Assembly (NCBI GenBank): GCA_024236075.1
Contig: JACKLE010000008.1
Coordinates: 26,516 to 90,515 of the forward strand
Direction of reading: 5' to 3'
Length of the DNA: 64,000 bases
Source: Alphaproteobacteria bacterium
GTDB lineage: Bacteria; Pseudomonadota; Alphaproteobacteria; JACAEB01
In this document: piece after piece, positions 57,999-64,000 of the stretch
How the letters are laid out: every line of letters begins with the position of its first letter
How positions within the stretch are numbered: the first letter of the stretch is position 1
Translations under genes and position numbers: made by a program
The notes under the pieces: model-generated
The model's input: the letters and a program-made list of their open reading frames with translations, nothing else
Told to the model about the DNA's origin: nothing
Databases searched by the model: none

Positions 57999-59230
57999 AG
58001 GGCGTTTCCTTCGAGGATCGTGATGTTCGCGACCGCGCTGTCGGTGCCGAGGAAGCCGCCGGCGTTTTCCGCGAGCGCGATGCGCGCGCCTTCCACCTGA
58101 CGCTCGCCCGCGCGCCCGCGCAGATGCTCGCAGAGCTCGAAGATCTGCCCGCAGCCGGTCGCGCCGACGGGGTGCCCCTTGCGCAGCAGGCCGCCCGAGG
58201 GGTTCACGGGCAGGCGCCCGCCGAGGCGCGTCGCGCCGTCCTCGAGCAGGCGGAAGCCCTCGCCGCGCTTGGCGAGGCCGATCTGCTCTGTGCAGACGAT
58301 CTCGGCCGGCGCCGAGGCGTCGTGCACCTCGACGACGTCGAGATCCTCCGGCCCGAGGCCGGCGAGGGCATAGGCCTTCTGCGAGGCGTGCTCGACGACG
58401 GAGATGTCGTTGGCGCCCGAGCCCTCCCAGCCGGAGGCGAGAACGCAGGCGCGGATGCGCACGGCGTTCCTGAGGCCCATCTCGCGGGCCTTCTTCTCGG
58501 AGACGAGGATCGCGGCCGCTGCGCCGTCGCCGATGGGCGCGCACATGGGCCGCGTCAGCGGATTGGCGATGGGCGGGGCGGCGAGCACCTCGTCCTCGGT
58601 CAGCACCTCGCGGAACTGGGCGCGCGGGTTGAGGCTGCCATGGTACGAATTCTTCGCCGAGACCATCGCGAAATGGCGCGCCGTGGCGCCGTACTTCGCC
58701 ATGTAGCCGCGCGCCGACGCCGCATAGACGTCCATGAAGAGCGAGCGCTTGTCGCCGCCGAGGCTGTCCTTCGTGCGCTCGTCGGCGCCCTGGGAGAGCT
58801 GCGTCATCACCTCCTTCGCGGCTTCGACGTCGATCGCGCCCGCGAAGGTCGAGAAGGTCTTCGCCTTGTCCTCGTGGACGAGCTTCTCCATCCCGACGAC
58901 GAGGACGCAGTCATATTCGCCGAGCGCGATGAAGCGCATGGCCTGCTGCACCGCGGCGGCCGACGTCGCGCAGGCGTTCTCCACGTTCATGATCGGAATC
59001 TTGCCGATGCCGAGCGGGCGCAGGACGACCTGGCCGGCGATCATCTGCTGGCCGGTGATGACGGGAGCGGCGGCGGTCGCCGCATAGGCCGCATCGAGAT
59101 CCTTCGGCGAGAGGCCCGAATCCTCGAAAGCCTGCGTCACGGCCTCGGCCGCGAGCGATTTCAGCCCGCGATCGGGCCATTTGGCGAAGCGGGTCATGCC
59201 GGTGCCGGCGATGTAGACCTTGTTTTCCAT
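57995..59230 (-). CDS. thiolase-like (SCP-x type) acetyl-CoA acetyltransferase family protein
   Basis: 411 aa. MENKVYIAGTGMTRF, MNVENACATSAAAV and GGLLRKGHPVGATG motifs. Confidence 0.88.
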   Translation of the reverse strand: MENKVYIAGTGMTRFAKWPDRGLKSLAAEAVTQAFEDSGLSPKDLDAAYAATAAAPVITGQQMIAGQVVLRPLGIGKIPIMNVENACATSAAAVQQAMRFIALGEYDCVLVVGMEKLVHEDKAKTFSTFAGAIDVEAAKEVMTQLSQGADERTKDSLGGDKRSLFMDVYAASARGYMAKYGATARHFAMVSAKNSYHGSLNPRAQFREVLTEDEVLAAPPIANPLTRPMCAPIGDGAAAAILVSEKKAREMGLRNAVRIRACVLASGWEGSGANDISVVEHASQKAYALAGLGPEDLDVVEVHDASAPAEIVCTEQIGLAKRGEGFRLLEDGATRLGGRLPVNPSGGLLRKGHPVGATGCGQIFELCEHLRGRAGERQVEGARIALAENAGGFLGTDSAVANITILEGNAL

Positions 59231-59274
59231 CGTTCTCTCCCGAAGGGCCTCGTGGCGATTCCGGCTGGCCCTAT

Positions 59275-60531
59275 CTAGAACCGCGAGAAGTCCACGAGCT
59301 GTGAGCCGCCCTTAATAGATAGGAACTCGTTGCAGCCGTCCTCGATCATGGAGGCACGGGCGTCCCGCAGGATCTTCTCGACGGGATATTCTCTGGAGAC
59401 GCCGTTGCCTCCGAACATCTGCACGGCGTCGCTCGCCACCTCGAACGCGATCTCGGTGGAGGTGACCTTCGCGGCGATGGCCGCATGCAGCACGGGCTGG
59501 GGCCCCAGCGCGTTGCGCATGAAGACCCGGCGCCCGAGCGCGCGCGCCATCTCCACGCGCCGCCACATCTTGAAGAGGCGCGCGCGCACGCTCTGGTGCT
59601 GGATGATCGGCACGCCGCCCTGGCGGCGCTCATGCGCATATTCGAGCGCATGCTCGAAGGCCGCGCGCGCGACGCCCGCGAAGATGAGCCCCATGCCCGC
59701 ATTCGCCCCCGTCAGCGTCTTCGACACGGCCTCGTGGTAGCGGTCCGGCTCAACCGCGAGGTGTTCCGCCGGCAGGCGCACCTCGTCGAAGAAGATCTCG
59801 CCCTGCGGAAGCGCGCGCTGTCCCATCTTGTTGAGCGGCTTGCCGCGCGAGACGCCTTTGACGTCGAGGGGCAGCGTCACGACGCAGCCCTGGAAGAGCC
59901 CGTCGTCCTTGCCGTTGTCGTAGGCCGCGAACAGCATGGCCTGCTCGGCGACGACGCCGTTCGAGACCCAGGCCGATTTCTGTCCGCGGATGACGATCTC
60001 GTTGCCCTGACGGCGCACCACGCAGTTCGGCCTCCCGTAGCTTCCGCCGGCGCCGAAGACCTCGCGCAGGGAGTCGAGCATGTCGCTGCCGTGATCGGGC
60101 TCGGTCACGGCCCAGGCGCTGATCCGCTTATTGTGGTAGCGCTCGGCGATCTCGGGCATCCCCATCTGATTGCCGAGCGAGGCGATCATGCCGTCGAGGC
60201 CGATCGAGATGGCAAGGCCCGCATCGCCCCAGCCGATCTCCTCGGCGAGATAGCAGGTGCCGAGAAGCGCCTGCTCGGGCGGCAGCTCCTGCAGCGCCTC
60301 GGTGCCGAGATCCCAATACTTCTTGTGGACCTCGTAGAGCGGCGAGCCGGGGGCGATGACCTCTTCGGGGGTCAGCTTGTCGAGCTCCGCGCCGACGGGC
60401 CGCATGACGTCGGCCGCGAAGCGATGGACCGCGTCGCGAATCTCGACCAGCAGCTCGGGCGTGCCGGTCTCCAGAACCCAGGGACCGCCCGGATCCGCCA
60501 CCACCGGAACGAGCTTCGACTTGTCGATCAT
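59275..60531 (-). CDS. acyl-CoA dehydrogenase
   Basis: The ATG at 60531 follows GGGAGAGG. WAVTEPDHGSD and a C-terminal helical domain with the ...FGGNGVSREYPVEKILRDA motif. Confidence 0.9.
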   Translation of the reverse strand: MIDKSKLVPVVADPGGPWVLETGTPELLVEIRDAVHRFAADVMRPVGAELDKLTPEEVIAPGSPLYEVHKKYWDLGTEALQELPPEQALLGTCYLAEEIGWGDAGLAISIGLDGMIASLGNQMGMPEIAERYHNKRISAWAVTEPDHGSDMLDSLREVFGAGGSYGRPNCVVRRQGNEIVIRGQKSAWVSNGVVAEQAMLFAAYDNGKDDGLFQGCVVTLPLDVKGVSRGKPLNKMGQRALPQGEIFFDEVRLPAEHLAVEPDRYHEAVSKTLTGANAGMGLIFAGVARAAFEHALEYAHERRQGGVPIIQHQSVRARLFKMWRRVEMARALGRRVFMRNALGPQPVLHAAIAAKVTSTEIAFEVASDAVQMFGGNGVSREYPVEKILRDARASMIEDGCNEFLSIKGGSQLVDFSRF

Positions 60532-60813
60532 GAGCCTCTCCCAATGGCCCCGGTTTGCATACCGGCCCGTTTCGTAGAAGTTGGCGCCTGCGTCAGCTAG
60601 TCCTAGCGAAATCCGGCCCGATTGCAAATGAGCCCAGTCACGGCTCGCGGCGCAAACGAGCCTTTCTCTGGTCTTGCCGAGGGAATACTGCCCCTGCGGC
60701 TCGGCGCCGGGCAAGGGAGGGGGATTCCTGCGCGCCGCTCATGGCGCGCCTTGCACGGCCCGGCGCGAGGCCCGAAGGTAGCGCGCGAGAAAATCCGCAA
60801 GGGAGACGAGACC

Positions 60814-63084
60814 ATGACCGCGCGCCATCCGTCGGGCGAGGATTTCAAGGGCGTCATCGGGCGCACCGTCGCGGACTCCAAGCCCTGGTGGCCGCCGGCC
60901 AAATGCCCGACCGGCAAGCCCAACGTCGTCGTCATCGTCTTCGACGATACGGGCTTTGCGCATTTCGGCTGCTACGGGTCCACGATCGAAACGCCGAGCA
61001 TCGACGCGCTCGCCGCGAACGGCCTGCGGTATTCGGGATTCCATACGACCGCGCTCTGCTCGCCCTCGCGCGCCTGCCTCCTCACCGGGCGCAATCACCA
61101 CGCGGTGCAGATGCGCGCCATCTCCAATTTCGACACGGGCTTTCCGCACATGCGCGGCGCGGTGCCGCGCACGGCGGCGACGCTCGCGGAAATCCTTCGC
61201 GACGAGGGCTATGCGACCTTCGCGGCGGGCAAATGGCACCTCGCGCCCATGGGCGAATGCTCCGCCGCCGGACCGTTCCACAACTGGCCGCTGCAGAAGG
61301 GCTTCGACCGCTATTACGGCTTCCTGCAGGGCGAGACGGACCAGTTCTCGCCGGAGCTCACGCAGGACAATCATTTCGTCGATCCGCCGGGGACGGCGGC
61401 GGACGGCTATCACGCCTCGGAGGATTTCGTCGACCGCTCCATCGGCTTCGTGCGCGACGTGACCTCGCTCGTGCCGGAAAAGCCGTTCTTTCTCTATCTT
61501 GCCTTCGGCGCCACGCACGCGCCGCACCAGGCGCCCAAGAGCTATCTCGAGAAATATCGCGGCCGCTTCGACGGGGGCTGGGACGAGGCGCGCGCCGCCT
61601 GGTTCGCGCGGCAGATCGACATGGGCATCGTGCCGCCCGGCACCGAGCTCGCCCCGCACAATCCGGGGGTGCGTCCGTGGGCGGACCTGTCGGCGGACGA
61701 GCGGCGCTTCGCCGCGCGCCTTCAGGAAGCCTTCGCGGCCATGCTCGACCACACCGATGCGCAGATCGGCCGGCTCGTCGCGGCGCTCAGGGAGATCGGC
61801 CGCCTCGACGACACCCTTCTCGTCATCGTCTCGGACAACGGCGCGAGCCAGGAAGGCCATGCGACCGGCGTGATGGACGAGATGCGCTACTTCAACGGCC
61901 TGCCCGAGGACATGCCGTCCGCCCTTGCGCGCCTCGACGACATAGGCGGGCCGAAGAGCCACACCAACATTCCCTGGGGCTGGGCGCAGGCCGGCAACAC
62001 GCCCCTCAAATGGTACAAGCAGAATACCCATGGCGGGGGCGTGCGCGATCCCTTCGTGGTGCACTGGCCCAAGGGCATATCCGCACGCGGAGCGATTCGT
62101 CCGGCCTTCTGCCACATGATCGACATCGCGCCGACCGTCCTCGATTGCCTGGGCATCGAGCCGCCCGCGATCGTCAACGGCGTGAAGCAGATGCCCCTGC
62201 ACGGGCGGAGCCTGAAGGCGACCTTCGAGGATGCGAGCGCGCGGGCGCGGACCGTGCAGTATTTCGAGATGTTCGGCCATCGCGGCATCTATGCGGACGG
62301 CTGGAAGGCCGTGACGCGCCATGCCCACGGAGCCGATTTCGACAAGGAGCCCTGGGAGCTCTATCATCTCGACAAGGACTTTTCCGAGTGCGGCGACCTG
62401 GCTGCCAAGGAGCCGGAACGCCTCAAGGCCCTCGTCGAGCTGTGGTGGCGCGAGGCCGAGGAGAACGGCGTGCTTCCGGTCGACGACCGGGTGGGTCCGG
62501 ACGTCTTTCGCACGGCGAGCGGGCCGGGCCGCCCGGGCGGGCGGGACCGCTACGTCTACTATCCGCCCGTCTCGCACATCGTGTCCGACACCTGCCCGAC
62601 CATCGCGCGGGGCGTGCGCCTTGCCGTGACGCTCGACCATCCGCGCGGCGGGGAGGGCGCGCTGGTCGCGCGGGGCACCGCCTCGAGCGGCTTCGCGCTC
62701 TACGTCAAGGGCGAGCGTCCCGTATTCGATTTCAGCTTTTTCGGGAAGCATGTCGTCCTGAGGTCGCAGGCAAGCCTTGCTCCGGGTACGCACGAAATCG
62801 TCCTCGACATCGTGCGCAACGCGCAGCGCCAGGGCGAGATGAGCCTTCTCGTCGACGGCGCCGTCGTGGCCCGCGGGACGCTTCCGCTCCTCATCTGGAT
62901 GATCTCGACCATCGGCATGGACATCGGGCGGTCCCTCGCGCCCATCAACGACGAGTATGCGCCGCCCTTCGAATATCCGGGCCGCATCGCGACCGTCGTC
63001 TTCGACCTGCCGCCCGCCAGGAGCGAAGCGGACCGCAGGCGGGAAGCCGAGGTCGGAGCCCGTACCGCCCTCGGCAGCCAGTGA
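60814..63084 (+). CDS. arylsulfatase (Cys-type, formylglycine-dependent), no signal peptide
   Basis: The ATG at 60814 follows AAGGGAGA. VVIVFDDTGFAHFGCYG and LCSPSRACLLTGRNHH (CxPxR) motifs. 756 aa with a C-terminal extension of about 300 aa. Confidence 0.9.
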   Translation: MTARHPSGEDFKGVIGRTVADSKPWWPPAKCPTGKPNVVVIVFDDTGFAHFGCYGSTIETPSIDALAANGLRYSGFHTTALCSPSRACLLTGRNHHAVQMRAISNFDTGFPHMRGAVPRTAATLAEILRDEGYATFAAGKWHLAPMGECSAAGPFHNWPLQKGFDRYYGFLQGETDQFSPELTQDNHFVDPPGTAADGYHASEDFVDRSIGFVRDVTSLVPEKPFFLYLAFGATHAPHQAPKSYLEKYRGRFDGGWDEARAAWFARQIDMGIVPPGTELAPHNPGVRPWADLSADERRFAARLQEAFAAMLDHTDAQIGRLVAALREIGRLDDTLLVIVSDNGASQEGHATGVMDEMRYFNGLPEDMPSALARLDDIGGPKSHTNIPWGWAQAGNTPLKWYKQNTHGGGVRDPFVVHWPKGISARGAIRPAFCHMIDIAPTVLDCLGIEPPAIVNGVKQMPLHGRSLKATFEDASARARTVQYFEMFGHRGIYADGWKAVTRHAHGADFDKEPWELYHLDKDFSECGDLAAKEPERLKALVELWWREAEENGVLPVDDRVGPDVFRTASGPGRPGGRDRYVYYPPVSHIVSDTCPTIARGVRLAVTLDHPRGGEGALVARGTASSGFALYVKGERPVFDFSFFGKHVVLRSQASLAPGTHEIVLDIVRNAQRQGEMSLLVDGAVVARGTLPLLIWMISTIGMDIGRSLAPINDEYAPPFEYPGRIATVVFDLPPARSEADRRREAEVGARTALGSQ

Positions 63085-63091
63085 GGCCACG

Positions 63092-64000
63092 ATGACGAGA
63101 AAGCATCCGTCCGGAGAGGAATTTCGCGGCGTCATCGGGCGCACGGCGGCCGAGTCGAAGCCCTGGTGGCCCGACGCGGTGTGCCCGACGGGCAAGCCCA
63201 ATGTCGTCATCGTCGTGCTCGACGATACGGGCTTTGCCCATTTCGGCTGCTACGGCTCGACCATCGAGACCCCGAACGTCGACCGCCTCGCGCAAGCCGG
63301 CCTTCAGTTCACCGGCTTCCACACCACGGCGCTGTGCTCGCCCTCACGCGCGAGCCTCCTCACGGGGCGCAACCATCACGCCGTGCAGATGCGGTCGGTC
63401 TCCAATTTCGACACCGGGTTCCCGCATATGCGCGGGGCCGTGCCGCCCTCGGCGGGCACGCTCGCCGAGATTCTGCGCGGCGCCGGCTATGCGACCTTCG
63501 CGGCCGGCAAATGGCACCTCGCGCCCTTGAGCGAATGCACGGTCGCGGGGCCCTACAGGAACTGGCCGCTCCAGAAGGGCTTCGACCGCTATTACGGCTT
63601 CCTGCAGGGCGAGACCGACCAGTTCCGGCCTGAGCTCACCGCCGACAACACGTTCATCGATCCCCCGGCCGGGCCCGAGGACGGCTATCATCTGTCGGAA
63701 GATCTCGTCGACCGCGCGATGGGGTTCATCCGCGACCAGAAATCGCTCGTGCCCGAGCGGCCTTTCTTCCTTTATCTCGCCTTCGCCGCGACGCACGCGC
63801 CCCATCAGGCGCCGAAGGCCTATCTGGAGAAATATCGCGGCCGCTTCGACGCGGGCTGGGACGTGGCGCGCGCCGAATGGTTCGCCAATCAGCGCGAGCG
63901 CGCCATCGTGCCGGAGGGGACGCAGCTCGCCCCGCACAATCCGGGTGTTCGTCCTTGGGCAGAGCTTTCCGGCGATGAGCGGCGCTTCGCCGCGCGCCTG
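63092..64000 (+). CDS. arylsulfatase paralogue (partial, continues beyond window end)
   Basis: Absent from the ORF track (no stop in the window). The ATG at 63092 lies 5 nt after GAGG. MTRKHPSGEEFRGVIGRT...VVLDDTGFAHFGCYG...LCSPSRASLLTGRNHH is collinear with, and highly similar to, the upstream gene. Confidence 0.88.
   Translation, partial: MTRKHPSGEEFRGVIGRTAAESKPWWPDAVCPTGKPNVVIVVLDDTGFAHFGCYGSTIETPNVDRLAQAGLQFTGFHTTALCSPSRASLLTGRNHHAVQMRSVSNFDTGFPHMRGAVPPSAGTLAEILRGAGYATFAAGKWHLAPLSECTVAGPYRNWPLQKGFDRYYGFLQGETDQFRPELTADNTFIDPPAGPEDGYHLSEDLVDRAMGFIRDQKSLVPERPFFLYLAFAATHAPHQAPKAYLEKYRGRFDAGWDVARAEWFANQRERAIVPEGTQLAPHNPGVRPWAELSGDERRFAARL

Noticed and set aside
1-64000. Search by eye for tRNA/rRNA genes, CRISPR arrays, IS elements, integrases, toxin-antitoxin pairs and known defence genes.
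   Set aside because: I saw no T-loop/acceptor-like sequences, no regularly spaced direct repeats, no transposase or recombinase motifs and no nuclease/ATPase defence signatures. The AT-richer gaps (8.3-8.45, 8.85, 9.7-10.05, 16.85-17.13, 51.55-51.83 kb) look like promoter or terminator regions.

Overview
This is a very GC-rich bacterial chromosomal segment. Gene content, codon usage and intergenic palindromes look alphaproteobacterial (Hyphomicrobiales/Rhizobiales-like; this is inference). I count about 55 protein-coding loci, mostly housekeeping or catabolic. In order they are: a partial cNMP-binding patatin-like lipase, SDR/AKR/thioesterase genes, a DhlA-like haloalkane dehalogenase, and YjbQ. 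Next come an AMIN-TPR-beta-barrel outer-membrane protein beside a membrane-anchored GH24 lysozyme and two tiny membrane ORFs. These are followed by bioFD/bioA, cydAB, epmAB-efp, lpdA, a DUF35/thiolase pair, purU, a thiolase, a D-aminoacylase and a PQQ/cytochrome c dehydrogenase. The rest comprises three TetR regulators, an MFS transporter, maeB, hydrolases, PhyH/SCP2, a dipeptide epimerase, a class III adenylate cyclase and an acyl-CoA cluster (ACAD/thiolase/ligase). The window ends with two tandem arylsulfatase paralogues; the second runs off the 3' edge. I saw no rRNA, tRNA, CRISPR, transposase, integrase or recognisable defence genes. The most unusual signal is two sharply bounded blocks, about 10.28-14.32 kb and 43.63-46.15 kb. 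Every gene inside them (8 in total) is broken by many frameshifts, yet family motifs stay readable and all flanking sequence is intact. This is either localized gene decay or, more likely in my view, localized uncorrected indel error such as an unpolished repeat. I found no convincing evidence for a new multi-gene system. The other observations are modest: small ORFs with strong expression signals, a long structured leader upstream of the TonB-dependent receptor, and a REP/MITE-like palindrome cluster.
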